From Bdellovibrionota bacterium (lineage in GTDB: Bacteria > Bdellovibrionota_C > UBA2361 > JBGSMV01): 28,295 bases of DNA. The notes under the pieces were generated by a model. That model searched no databases, had not been told where the DNA came from, and saw nothing but the letters and a program-made list of their open reading frames with translations. Positions 17,674 to 27,080 of this stretch are shown one piece after another; position 1 is the first letter of the stretch, and the number at the start of each line of letters is the position of its first letter. The stretch lies in assembly GCA_044356455.1 (NCBI GenBank), contig JBIKWF010000053.1, positions 1 through 28,295 of the forward strand. The letters are read 5' to 3'. The translations under genes were made by a program, and so were the position numbers.

Positions 17674-18669
17674 TTAACTCCCGAGCAGCTCTTCAACTGC
17701 TTCGACCGGCGACAAGAGGCCCTGGGCAAGGCGCTCCTTTGCACTGCGATAGCCTTGTGCCCTTGCTGAGCTCTTAGCAAAGAAGCTTCTGCGCAGCTCC
17801 AAGGTGAGGCGCTCTTCAAACCACTGCTCAGCCTGCGCGCGGCGCTGAAGTTCAAACGCCCCTTGAGAACGAGCATGAACCTCAAACGCTTCTATGGCCT
17901 TCGCAACTTCAGAAATCCCCTCTCCGCTCACTGCGGAAGCCCTCAGCACGGGAACCGTCCATTGAGGGGTAAAGGATTGAAGAAAAGGCTGAGCCTGCCG
18001 AAGCTCAAGCGCTAAACGCTCCGCAGCAGGAGCATTGACTCCGTCAGATTTTGAAATGAGAAGAATATCCGCAAGCTCCATCAGCCCGCGTTTCATGCTC
18101 TGAAGTTCGTCTCCTGCACCGGTGAGTAAAAGAAGCAGGCAGCAATCGACCATCGATCGCACTGCTATCTCACTTTGACCAACACCTACGGTTTCAATCA
18201 AAATAACATCGAAACCTGCGGCTTCAACCGCAACAATGGTTTCACGGGTTCGTGCGCCCACGCCACCGAGCATGCCTACTGTGGGAGAAGGCCGAATGAA
18301 CGCCGCAGGTTCTCGTGACAGGCGCTCCATGCGCGTCTTATCGCCGAGAATACTTCCTCCACTTATGCTACTTGAAGGGTCTATGGCGAGAACTGCCACC
18401 CTCTTCCCGGCCTTAACAAAATCAAGACCCAAGGCATCAATCAACGTGCTTTTCCCAGCCCCGGGAACTCCAGTAATTCCAATACGAAGTGCACGACCAC
18501 TTTGGGGAGCAAGGGCGCGAAGTAACCGGAGCTGATCGGCTCGCTGCTCCTCTGCACTCCCTTCAAGCAGGGTAATCGCTTGGGCAAGCGCGGAACGCTC
18601 TCGACTAAGCACGCGGCGAGCGAGGTCTTCGACATTCAAAGGAGACCCATGCACTTGAGATTTCTTCAC
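17674..18669 (-). CDS. meaB: Methylmalonyl-CoA mutase-associated GTPase MeaB
   Basis: GITGVPGAGKST, AIDPSS..SGGSILGDKTRM, ETVGVGQSE, GAGDELQ. Confidence 0.95.
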   Translation of the reverse strand: MKKSQVHGSPLNVEDLARRVLSRERSALAQAITLLEGSAEEQRADQLRLLRALAPQSGRALRIGITGVPGAGKSTLIDALGLDFVKAGKRVAVLAIDPSSSISGGSILGDKTRMERLSREPAAFIRPSPTVGMLGGVGARTRETIVAVEAAGFDVILIETVGVGQSEIAVRSMVDCCLLLLLTGAGDELQSMKRGLMELADILLISKSDGVNAPAAERLALELRQAQPFLQSFTPQWTVPVLRASAVSGEGISEVAKAIEAFEVHARSQGAFELQRRAQAEQWFEERLTLELRRSFFAKSSARAQGYRSAKERLAQGLLSPVEAVEELLGS

Positions 18670-18685
18670 GTAACCCTGTCCTTCG

Positions 18686-20836
18686 CTACTTATTCTCGAA
18701 TGAGGCTTCTATTTTTTCTACAAGCTCTAACGCGGCCGCCGGAATCACCGTTCCAGGACCATAAATTGCAAGTGCGCCTGCAGAGAGAAGCGCGGGATAA
18801 TCCTGCTGGGGAATGACTCCTCCCACCACTACTTTAATATCTGGCCTTCCGCCCTTCTTCAGCGCCTCGATGAGCTGGGGAACCAAGGTCTTGTGCCCAC
18901 CCGCAAGCGAGCTCACTCCCACCACATGCACATCGTTTTCGATTGCTTGGCTCGCAACCTCCCCTGGCGTTTGGAAGAGAGGACCAATATCAACATCGAA
19001 ACCTACGTCTGCAAACGCGGTCGCAATCACCTTCGCGCCGCGATCGTGACCGTCTTGCCCCACTTTCGCTACCAAGATACGAGGACGCCGTCCTCTCTTC
19101 TCGGCAAATATCCGTGTGCGCTCTCTTACTTTTTCAATCATGTGCCCATCACGAAAGGCAGTCCGGTACACCCCAGAAATAGCGCGAATCGTGGCACGGT
19201 GTCTGCCAAAAACCTGCTCAAGGGCCATGGAAATTTCGCCTAAGGAAGCCCTGGCCCGAGCCGCATCTACCGCCAGCGCAAGAAGATTGCCTTGCCGAGT
19301 CTCGGCGCAGGTTTTGAGAGCAGCAAGCGTAGACTGTACCTGCTCCGCATTTCTGGCGCTTCTTAACTGACGCAGGCGCTCTACTTGCTGAGCACGCACC
19401 TTCGTGTTGTCAACTTCAAGGATAGTAAGCGGCTGCTCGTGCTCAGGCCTCCACCTATTAACCCCCACAATCACTTCGGCCCCAGAATCAATCCGAGCTT
19501 GGCGGCGTGCCGCTGCCTCTTCAATTCGCATTTTGGGCACACCAGCCTCAATCGCTCGCGCCATGCCCCCAAGGCCCTCTACTTCTTGAATGCGCTCTTT
19601 TGCGCGTACCGCCAAATCATGCGTCAGTCGCTCGAGAAAATACGATCCGCCCCAGGGGTCAATCACGCGGCAAAGACCTGTTTCGTGCTGAAGCATGAGC
19701 TGCGTATTTCTGGCAATGCGCGCAGAAAAATCGGTAGGAAGCGCAATCGCCTCGTCGAGAGAGTTCGTATGCAGTGACTGCGTATGGCCCATCACTCCCG
19801 CCATCGCCTCAACGCAGGTGCGAATCACGTTATTAAAAGGATCCTGTTCAGTAAGACTCCATCCGGAAGTTTGACAATGCGTGCGTAACGCGAGGGACTT
19901 AGGGTTCTTGGGAGAAAATTGCTGCATCAACTCAGCCCAAAGCAGGCGACCTGCTCTTAGCTTTGCAATCTCCATGAAGAAATTCATTCCCAAAGCCCAG
20001 AAGAATGAAAGTCGAGGCGCGAACGCGTCTACCGCGAGCCCCGCCTTAATCCCGGTGCGCACATACTCGAGCCCATCCGCCAGGGTATAGGCCAGCTCAA
20101 GATCCGCGGGGGCTCCCGCTTCATGCATGTGGTATCCAGAAATACTAATGCAATTAAACTTGGGTAGATGCTCAGCACAGTAAGAGAAGATATCGCCAAT
20201 AATACGGAGAGAAGGTTCAGGCGGATAAATATACGTGTTCCGCACCATGTACTCTTTTAGGATATCATTCTGTATCGTTCCCGAGAGCTCCGAGAGCGGA
20301 ACTCCTTGCTCCTCTGCGGCAACGATAAAAAATGCCATGATGGGAAGTACGGCTCCATTCATGGTCATAGACACGGACATGGTATCGAGAGGAATGCCAT
20401 CGAAGAGCACCTTCATGTCCAAGACTGAATCGATCGCAACTCCCGCCTTTCCGACATCGCCCTCTACGCGCGGGTGATCGGAGTCGTAGCCGCGGTGCGT
20501 AGCGAGATCGAACGCGACGGAAAGCCCCTTCTGTCCACCCGCAAGATTTCTTCGGTAAAAGGCATTACTCTCCTCAGCCGTCGAAAATCCGGCGTACTGC
20601 CTAATAGTCCAGGGGCTTTGCACATACATGGTCGGATAAGGACCCCGAACGAAGGGGGGCAAACCCGGCATCCCATCAAGGTGCCTTAGACCCACGAGGT
20701 CACTTGAGGAGTACTGAGATTTGAAATCTATTCCCTCGTATGTGGTGTGAGCCACGGAGGGAGAGCTCCCATGGGAAGAGCAAGCCGCATCAAAGCGCAA
20801 AGGTCGCGTGGCAAATGAAGGGATTTTCGATTTCAC
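18686..20836 (-). CDS. scpA: Methylmalonyl-CoA mutase, large catalytic B12-binding subunit
   Basis: [48 protein letters not shown]12-binding motif. Confidence 0.97.
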   Translation of the reverse strand: MKSKIPSFATRPLRFDAACSSHGSSPSVAHTTYEGIDFKSQYSSSDLVGLRHLDGMPGLPPFVRGPYPTMYVQSPWTIRQYAGFSTAEESNAFYRRNLAGGQKGLSVAFDLATHRGYDSDHPRVEGDVGKAGVAIDSVLDMKVLFDGIPLDTMSVSMTMNGAVLPIMAFFIVAAEEQGVPLSELSGTIQNDILKEYMVRNTYIYPPEPSLRIIGDIFSYCAEHLPKFNCISISGYHMHEAGAPADLELAYTLADGLEYVRTGIKAGLAVDAFAPRLSFFWALGMNFFMEIAKLRAGRLLWAELMQQFSPKNPKSLALRTHCQTSGWSLTEQDPFNNVIRTCVEAMAGVMGHTQSLHTNSLDEAIALPTDFSARIARNTQLMLQHETGLCRVIDPWGGSYFLERLTHDLAVRAKERIQEVEGLGGMARAIEAGVPKMRIEEAAARRQARIDSGAEVIVGVNRWRPEHEQPLTILEVDNTKVRAQQVERLRQLRSARNAEQVQSTLAALKTCAETRQGNLLALAVDAARARASLGEISMALEQVFGRHRATIRAISGVYRTAFRDGHMIEKVRERTRIFAEKRGRRPRILVAKVGQDGHDRGAKVIATAFADVGFDVDIGPLFQTPGEVASQAIENDVHVVGVSSLAGGHKTLVPQLIEALKKGGRPDIKVVVGGVIPQQDYPALLSAGALAIYGPGTVIPAAALELVEKIEASFENK

Positions 20837-22461
20837 CTCGCTCCTCCCTTGGACTCACAAGCGCCGTCCACCAGACGCTGAAGGCACAATTCGGTCATAG
20901 GAGCTGGGTTCCATGGTGGCCCCGTGGGCGAGGACTTCTCTCTCTGCACGCGAGCATGTTCGGCTATCACCGTGAGCGGAACACCCGCCCGAGCGAGGCC
21001 CACCATTTCAGAAAACGACGTAAGAGCAGAACCAACGGGCTGCGACAGGAACTCCGCTGCCCGAGCTAGCCGCAGCGCTTCAACGTCATAGGCCTGAAGA
21101 CGCGGAAGTTCACTCGCATCACGGAACGCATTTAAGCCCACAAGTTTTGAAATGCCAGAACTCACGGCTTGCGCACGCAATTCCCGCAGAACTGCAACTT
21201 CCGCTTGAAAAGAGCCATTTTCTAGAACCGATCGCAGACCGCCAGAGGACTCAATTCCCTGAAAGTGGCCCCATGCTTTTTTGCAAAGCTCAGTCGTGAG
21301 GGACTCTAGGTAATAACTTCCGCCCACAGGATCCTTAACATGCCCAAGCAGCGCCTCCTCGTGCAGGATATGATGAACACTCAGCGACATTCGCCTCGCC
21401 AGCGTTTCCTCTCCGTCTCCCCTAAGGAGAAAGGGAAGTACCTGCAAGCGATCAACTCCGCCACACAGAGCCGAAAGGGATTCAGAGGTCGCACGCAAAA
21501 GATTGGTATGTGGGTCATCGCGAGTCCGGTTCCAGCGCGCCGTAACTGCAGTCACGTGCAGTGGAATATTTCCTCCGAGAGGCTCTGCAATATTCTGCCA
21601 AAGCACTCTGAGGGCTCGCGCCTTGGCCATTTCTAGAAAAAAATCAGGCCCCACTCCAATAACTATATTGAGACGCTCGGCCACAACGAGCGGTGGGATG
21701 CCCCTTGCCTCAAACTCCCGAAATAAGGTGAGCGCATGCGAGAGAATATACGAAAGCTCCTGCACGGCACTGGCGCCTGCCTCATGTACGATGCGCCCGT
21801 CAGAGATAAAAAGTGGCTTACCGGGAAGCACGGGACCAACATCGCTTGAAACTTGAGCCGCCTCATCAAACAGTCTGCTCCACGAAGAAACGGAAGGACC
21901 TTGTTCCTTAAGCGTAGCGAGAGGATCGCACCAAAGACCAGCAACCAAGCCTCTTTCCTCCGAGGGACGCGCCGCAATCAACGCCCCGAGGCCAAGAGCA
22001 TTTACACCGACATCAAAAATAAGAGGCAGTTTTGCAGACCTAGCCGCCTGAAGAAGCAGGCCAAGTTCTTCACTCGAATACAGGCTAAGACCATCAGCGC
22101 ATACCGCTTCCTTAGCAAAGGTGCGCGGTTTTCCCAATCGCGTGAATCGATCGAGTACGACGATCCCACTGTCGCCCCCCCCCTCGGCATCGCTCTTTAT
22201 TTGCTCGGTTGCCCCCGCAACCAGCGGAGCATCAATGCGAGTTGTGAGGTCGGCTCTCCGCGAGGGTAAGGGAATGCTACGAACAAAGGCCTCACCAGGC
22301 ATCCCTTCACGATCATAAAGTGGCTTAACAGAAATTCCCTCTAACAACTTAGTGCTTAGGGCCTTCTCGAACGAAGCGCCCTTTAAGGATTTTTCGACAA
22401 GGCTCCACCATGCTTCATATGAAGCAGCGGGAAAGGCACTTCCAAATAACTCCTTAGTCAT
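20833..22461 (-). CDS. mutA: Methylmalonyl-CoA mutase small subunit
   Basis: [63 protein letters not shown]; start probably ATG 22461 (RBS AGGA); 4-bp overlap with the large subunit. Confidence 0.88.
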   Translation of the reverse strand: MTKELFGSAFPAASYEAWWSLVEKSLKGASFEKALSTKLLEGISVKPLYDREGMPGEAFVRSIPLPSRRADLTTRIDAPLVAGATEQIKSDAEGGGDSGIVVLDRFTRLGKPRTFAKEAVCADGLSLYSSEELGLLLQAARSAKLPLIFDVGVNALGLGALIAARPSEERGLVAGLWCDPLATLKEQGPSVSSWSRLFDEAAQVSSDVGPVLPGKPLFISDGRIVHEAGASAVQELSYILSHALTLFREFEARGIPPLVVAERLNIVIGVGPDFFLEMAKARALRVLWQNIAEPLGGNIPLHVTAVTARWNRTRDDPHTNLLRATSESLSALCGGVDRLQVLPFLLRGDGEETLARRMSLSVHHILHEEALLGHVKDPVGGSYYLESLTTELCKKAWGHFQGIESSGGLRSVLENGSFQAEVAVLRELRAQAVSSGISKLVGLNAFRDASELPRLQAYDVEALRLARAAEFLSQPVGSALTSFSEMVGLARAGVPLTVIAEHARVQREKSSPTGPPWNPAPMTELCLQRLVDGACESKGGAR

Positions 22462-22556
22462 CAATCGTCCTAAATCTGTCCTAAACATACCAACGCCGAG
22501 GCTATCCGGCTGCCACCCCAACATGTAGTGGTAGAACTTTTCTACGGGACAGGCTC

Positions 22557-22607
22557 CTAGCCGTCATATCTCACGGAATCCCTTCGGGTCCGTGAGATTA
22601 CCGTTGG
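22557..22607. repeat. CTAG-initiated palindromic element, copy 1
   Basis: CTAGCCGTCATATCTCACGGA-ATCCCTTCGGG-TCCGTGAGAT; the first 36 nt are 34/36 identical to 28136-28171. Confidence 0.8.
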
Positions 22608-22629
22608 AATTTGGCCATCCGAGCGTTAG

Positions 22630-22678
22630 CTAGCCTGATCATCTCCCAGCCCCAAGGGCTGTGAGACGATCAGGCTAG
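22630..22678. repeat. Related CTAG-bounded 49-bp palindrome
   Basis: CTAGCCTGATCATCTCCCAGCCC-CAA-GGGCTGTGAGACGATCAGGCTAG; 23-bp arms with 2 mismatches. Confidence 0.8.
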
Positions 22679-23094
22679 GACCCATATTATAGTGAGCGCA
22701 ACCCCAAGTTGCAGTAGTGCCCGCGCCATTGGCCTGATCTTCTCAGTAGTCCTTCGACGAACTACTCCCCCTGACGACGTCATCTAACAACCATGCGGGC
22801 AAGAGTGTCCCCGCAATTAGTCAGTGCACTTCAAAATTCAGACTGTGGATACCCCCATAACCCAGCCCCCTTCTGCTGAATCGGCCAGCGGAGCCCCTAT
22901 TTCTCAGATATTGCCCAACACCTCAAAAAAACTACACCCTCTCTCTATGCTTCAATCTCTTCAAACAACAATCCTACGACAATTTCGTAACTTACTAATT
23001 TCCTTTAAAAAGAATGATTTACTTACACACTATTCTTTTGTCTTGAATGCAGGGCAGCTAGCAAATTACTCTTAGGTGTCCTCAGGAGCTCGCT

Positions 23095-24453
23095 ATGACT
23101 GTAAAATTGCCTTATCGATTCGTCTGGAATGAGGCACATAATGTTGTGGTGGTAATGTCGTCTGACGCGGCGGGTTATGATGGTACACTTAATGGGACCG
23201 CGGGAAACATTTTTCAGCAACTAGCAACAACTCCGGAACGTTGCGATGCTCTTGCTGGTCGCTATCCGGAATTTTTTGCCGAATGCCGAAATCTCGGGCT
23301 TCTCCGAGCGGATAATTTGTTGAATGGCGTTCTCACGCGATACCACGGTCAGAATCAGCTTAAATCTATTCAAATTGAATTGACTAGGACATGCAACCTT
23401 CGCTGTCCCTATTGCCATTCGGAAAGTGGCCCTTGGCACAAGAAGTCCGGAATCTCCCTTGAGTCCCTGCGAGAGCTTTTGACGCAGGCTGCAGACCTCG
23501 GCTGCATGACGGTTGATTTTACAGGAGGCGAGCCGTTAGTGCATCGCCATTGGTATGAAGTTCTATCGTTTGCTCGCCAACTCGGTTTGGTTGTTACACT
23601 GCATAGCAATGGAACCCTATTGAGCGAGGCGGTCTTGCAGCGTCTCTCAAGCCTCCCCTTGAGGCATCTCCAGGTCTCTCTTGACTCGCACCTTCCTGAT
23701 GTGCACGACGCCTGCCGTGGCATGCCAGGGGCGTGGGCAAAATCAATTCAAGCAATCCGAAGGGCCAAAGAGCTCGGTATGCGCGTACGTGTAGCCATAG
23801 TTGCTCATAGTAAGAATCGCGACCATTTTAGAGAGGCCGTGACTTACTTTGAATCAGAGCTAGGCGTTTCAGTAAACATGGATAGAGTAGTCAACGTAGG
23901 GGGCGAGAGGACTGCTCATTGGGGGCTAACTACCAGTGAATATTATGAGCTAATTGCTCCTTTGTTAAGAGGGCGCGCAGTAAGTACTCGGGTTTGTGAA
24001 ACAGCAGTTCAAGACTTGAATATGTCCCGAATTGAGCCAAACTGTGGCGTTGCTCATAGCCTTCTCTATGTTACGGCTGACGGAGAAATCGCTCTTTGTC
24101 CCACGATGACGTCAAGAAATAATCCTGAATTTAAATCTCCCTTGCTCACCGACATGGACCTGAGAACGGCATGGGAGGAGAGCGATTATTTTATTGGACA
24201 TCGGTTTCTAAACTGTAGAAATGTGAATATTTGCCCAAGTGGCCGTAGCTGTGGAGGAGGCTGCCGCTCAAACGCTTATAGGGAGACGGGAGAAATAGAC
24301 AGTCCCGACCCTCTACATTGTAATGTGAATAAGAACCCTAGCGAGACTTTTGTTGATTTTCTTGCGGAATACAAACGACAAGGCAGCGAAGTTGCTCCTC
24401 GTGCTCTCGTTCGGATAGGCGAGCGCCTCCGAATGGGGTCTACAGACATGTGA
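23095..24453 (+). CDS. Radical SAM/SPASM peptide maturase with N-terminal RRE (PqqD-like) domain
   Basis: CNLRCPYC (CX3CX2C), FTGGEP, VSLDS...HD..RG, SPASM cysteines CGVAHS...GEIALCP...CRNVNICPSGRSCGGGCR...DPLHC; N-terminal strands plus LNGTAGNIFQQL; RBS AGGAG. Confidence 0.92.
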   Translation: MTVKLPYRFVWNEAHNVVVVMSSDAAGYDGTLNGTAGNIFQQLATTPERCDALAGRYPEFFAECRNLGLLRADNLLNGVLTRYHGQNQLKSIQIELTRTCNLRCPYCHSESGPWHKKSGISLESLRELLTQAADLGCMTVDFTGGEPLVHRHWYEVLSFARQLGLVVTLHSNGTLLSEAVLQRLSSLPLRHLQVSLDSHLPDVHDACRGMPGAWAKSIQAIRRAKELGMRVRVAIVAHSKNRDHFREAVTYFESELGVSVNMDRVVNVGGERTAHWGLTTSEYYELIAPLLRGRAVSTRVCETAVQDLNMSRIEPNCGVAHSLLYVTADGEIALCPTMTSRNNPEFKSPLLTDMDLRTAWEESDYFIGHRFLNCRNVNICPSGRSCGGGCRSNAYRETGEIDSPDPLHCNVNKNPSETFVDFLAEYKRQGSEVAPRALVRIGERLRMGSTDM

Positions 24454-24551
24454 GGAAGGCCTTGGGGCTACTTTTTCATGGCCCTGAGCATCGGCTTTTT
24501 CTAGACTCAGCTGCCATCCTTCGGGTATCGTTCTCTTGAACAATCCCCGAC

Positions 24552-24566
24552 TGGCATGTGGATTGT
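24552..24566 (+). promoter_or_regulatory. Candidate sigma-54 promoter for the small peptide gene
   Basis: TGGCATG-TGGA-TTGT versus consensus TGGCACG-N4-TTGC; correct spacing, -12 C replaced by T. Confidence 0.35.
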
Positions 24567-24596
24567 GTGAAAGTTTAAGATAAGAGGAGAGCGCCT

Positions 24597-24776
24597 ATGG
24601 GACCCCGCCTGTCAGAATTTGATTTAGGATCGCAAGAAGTAACCGCTGACTCCGAAGTGAAGGAGAATAACTCCCCTGTCACCGAAGAGGAGGCTCCCCG
24701 TATTATTGAGCTTAAGAAGTCAATCGACCTCCCACGTCTTGCGAGGGAAGGAATGTGCAGGCCGCATCTTGACTAA
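24597..24776 (+). CDS. Putative RiPP precursor peptide, 59 aa
   Basis: Absent from the ORF track (shorter than any ORF listed). Strong RBS AAGAGGAG; MGPRLSEFDLGSQEVTADSEVKENNSPVTEEEAPRIIELKKSIDLPRLAREGMCRPHLD*; directly downstream of the RRE-rSAM-SPASM gene. Confidence 0.75.
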   Translation: MGPRLSEFDLGSQEVTADSEVKENNSPVTEEEAPRIIELKKSIDLPRLAREGMCRPHLD

Positions 24777-24791
24777 AAAGGTTCGGCACTC

Positions 24792-24865
24792 AGAATCCTG
24801 GTGTCCAGCGTGCCCCTCGCAGCTGTAATCTAAGCGAGCTTGGGGATCGCTAGCACCGGGGCTCT
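24792..24865 (+). other. Long imperfect stem-loop downstream of the precursor gene
   Basis: Nested pairings CCTGGTG/CACCGGG, AGCG/CGCT, CCCC/GGGG, TCGC/GCGA. Confidence 0.5.
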
Positions 24866-25063
24866 TGTTGGGGAAATCTCTGAAATAGTTCTCCTTCATA
24901 GTCAAAGTGGCGGCATTAGGCCTTAGTGGCCGTCTCTGTGTGCACCCTCACCAGGAAGACTACTTATTCACATAACCAATTTCAGGGGTAGGGGGATAGA
25001 GGCTCCAGAAATCTGCGGCTGTTTGTTAATAAGAATCCGCCCCAGAAAACGGTAGAGATTTTT

Positions 25064-25918
25064 GTGTCCGAACACACCATTCACTTTAGACTGAAAAACC
25101 CCCCACGTCCGAACCTTGAATGGAAGGTGGACGCACAGTGCTCTCCTGAAGAAGTTGCACAGTTCGCGTCCGAAGGGTTCCTGCTACGGCAGGATCTTTT
25201 CTCCTCGGCGCAGATTGCGGAAATGACGCGTGCCGTGGATGAGCTTGCAGAGAGGGAAAGAGCACAGGGAGTAGCAGAAATAACAAGGTGGGGTCAGTAC
25301 GTGGCCTTACTTTTAGATAAACATCCTGTTTTCAGAGATCTAATTTACCACAAAACACTTATCTCGATTGCCCGCGCAATGCTCGGCCCCCAGATTCAAT
25401 TTGACGTGGTAGACGCGAGAATTACTGACAATCCCGCAGAGGTAGTTGAATGGCATGTACATAGCCAGTGCATTTACGAGCCTCTGCCACCATTCTTTTG
25501 TTACCCACACGCGATACATTGCCTTCTCTTTCTAGACCCTATCGACGCAAGTAACGGGCCACTTTGCGTTCTGCCAGGCTCTCATCAACGCTATCGCGAA
25601 GATGTTCCAACGGGACCTGCTAAACATTCCGATATTCCGGGTCAACGGATAATGAATCTAAGTGCAGGTACCTGCGTATTGACACATTCGCATCTTTGGC
25701 ACAGGACCATTCCCGCAAAGGGTGTTGGTTTTAGACGCCGCATGTTGATAATCGGTTTTCTCCCCGCATGCGTAAAACCTTTTGCCAACCACTACGAAAA
25801 ATTGGACCTGTCTGTTGCAGCATCAAAAGATTTATTCCGTCAAAGACCAACCGAGGTACTACGCCGTGGTCCAGATGCTGAAATTCGCGAACTGCTTGGT
25901 GAATTCAACTGGCCCTAA
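25064..25918 (+). CDS. Phytanoyl-CoA dioxygenase (PhyH)-fold oxygenase with an atypical HxH motif
   Basis: QFASEGFLL..DLFS, EWHVHS, LFLDPIDASNGPLCVLPGSH, AGTCVLTHSHLWHR, RRML. Confidence 0.85.
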   Translation: MSEHTIHFRLKNPPRPNLEWKVDAQCSPEEVAQFASEGFLLRQDLFSSAQIAEMTRAVDELAERERAQGVAEITRWGQYVALLLDKHPVFRDLIYHKTLISIARAMLGPQIQFDVVDARITDNPAEVVEWHVHSQCIYEPLPPFFCYPHAIHCLLFLDPIDASNGPLCVLPGSHQRYREDVPTGPAKHSDIPGQRIMNLSAGTCVLTHSHLWHRTIPAKGVGFRRRMLIIGFLPACVKPFANHYEKLDLSVAASKDLFRQRPTEVLRRGPDAEIRELLGEFNWP

Positions 25919-25949
25919 CCGAGAATGGCGCACGCTGGCTCGTTCCTAC

Positions 25950-26543
25950 TCAATTAAATCCGAAGACCTGTACTAGTCGACAATTTTCCAACGTGTCGCC
26001 GAAATTCATAGTGTGGGAATGCCAGAGCAATCCCTGAAAAAGAACCAGCCGATTGAACTTCATCGGCACCCTCATCACCTCGGTCCAACGCGCTCGATCG
26101 CGGCCTTCTTCCCATCCCACCCTTTCAATCATCTCGTCAAAGCTCGCAAATCCGGCCGCTTCGTACTCCGCCTTGCTGGGCGCCCATTCCCACCCATAGC
26201 GTTTATGCTGCCAAAACGAGAGGCCCCCGTCGGGGTCCGGAGGATTGCTAAGAAATACGATAGCTCCCCAGACGGTGCTATCGACGTGAATATCAGTAGG
26301 GGCCTTGTCCGAAGCGAAAGAGCGTTTGAAAGTCCCAAATTTTACACCAGGAACTGGCTGAGGGGGGCGGCCAATTAGGCTCTGAAAATACTGCGTAGTA
26401 CCATCTGGTACAATTGCTGGCGCCACCATTCCAGCATATTGCGCCCCCTCTTTTCGGTGCCAAGAGGCCCGGAGCGCTTGATTTCGCACCGCTAAGGGGT
26501 CGCCGTAGAAATTGTCAACGACCACAAGCGATTTAAATGCCAT
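25950..26543 (-). CDS. DUF6445-like Fe(II)/2-oxoglutarate oxygenase-fold protein
   Basis: VVVDNFYGDPLAVRNQAL, IHVD, GAIVFLS, GGLSFW, KFNRLVLF...WHS...FG....RLVQVF (HxD...H...R); start probably ATG 26543 or 26549 rather than 26621. Confidence 0.8.
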   Translation of the reverse strand: MAFKSLVVVDNFYGDPLAVRNQALRASWHRKEGAQYAGMVAPAIVPDGTTQYFQSLIGRPPQPVPGVKFGTFKRSFASDKAPTDIHVDSTVWGAIVFLSNPPDPDGGLSFWQHKRYGWEWAPSKAEYEAAGFASFDEMIERVGWEEGRDRARWTEVMRVPMKFNRLVLFQGLLWHSHTMNFGDTLENCRLVQVFGFN

Positions 26544-27080
26544 AAGCATTACCAATTCTACGGAGTCATAATTTAATGCCTTCCGCCGGCCTCGCTGCCG
26601 CTTCAGCGCAGGCGGATTCAACTTCTTATTACTCTCTATGAGTTCAACAAGGCGAACACGAAGTAAAGAGGCAAGTTCCCCCGTATTTTAGAAAACCCTC
26701 GGGCTACGAAAAACTATCATGAACGCTTAATGAGTCGCACGCCTGAGTTGCGTGAGTTCGCCGAGCCAAAGGCAATTCTCAACCTGCTTACCTGTCCTTT
26801 AGAGCCCAACTCCTAAAGGGTTCTCAAAGGCCTGTAGACGAGGGGTAATCGACCACTATTCTTGCATAACTATCTAATATTTTTAAGTTTAACTAATAGA
26901 AGACTCTGTGGTTTACCTGCCGAAGCCGGAGCGAATCAATCAGGCGCATCTAACGCTTTCGGGGCCAAATGACCGCTATATTTTAGGCACCCCGAGAGTG
27001 CTAATTTACTCTTCGGTAGGTGTAAACATCCCGCATTTGTTGGTCGATATCTACCTAATGCAAATGGGAGGCATCGAGCA

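Noticed and set aside
22516..22531. Single NrdR-box-like 16-mer upstream of mutA
   Set aside because: NrdR sites normally occur as tandem pairs and no nucleotide-reduction gene is adjacent; probably chance.
22557..22678. CRISPR array
   Set aside because: Only two diverged palindromes, no regular repeat-spacer series, no cas genes.
22793..22879. 28-aa Cys-containing ORF (MRARVSPQLVSALQNSDCGYPHNPAPFC) as an alternative precursor
   Set aside because: No ribosome-binding site and no leader character; the 24597 ORF is much better supported.
22824..23075. 83-aa ORF upstream of the rSAM gene
   Set aside because: No RBS or motif; overlaps an AT-rich promoter-like region.
24719..24776. GTCAA...TTGAC pattern reminiscent of the HEARO/omega-RNA 5' stem
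   Set aside because: Lies inside the precursor ORF; no IscB, IsrB or TnpB gene nearby.
24792..24830. Cobalamin riboswitch-like string (GGTG..TCC...GCCCCTCGCAGCTGTAA)
   Set aside because: Lacks the T-loop between GGTG and TCC and any downstream B12 box; better explained as one arm of a hairpin. An Rfam scan would settle it.
26948..27006. attC-like hairpin starting ATCTAAC, and gene ends at CCCTAAC/TCTAGC suggesting integron cassettes
   Set aside because: No GTTRRRY right site, no unpaired central spacer, no integrase in the window, and mixed gene orientations.
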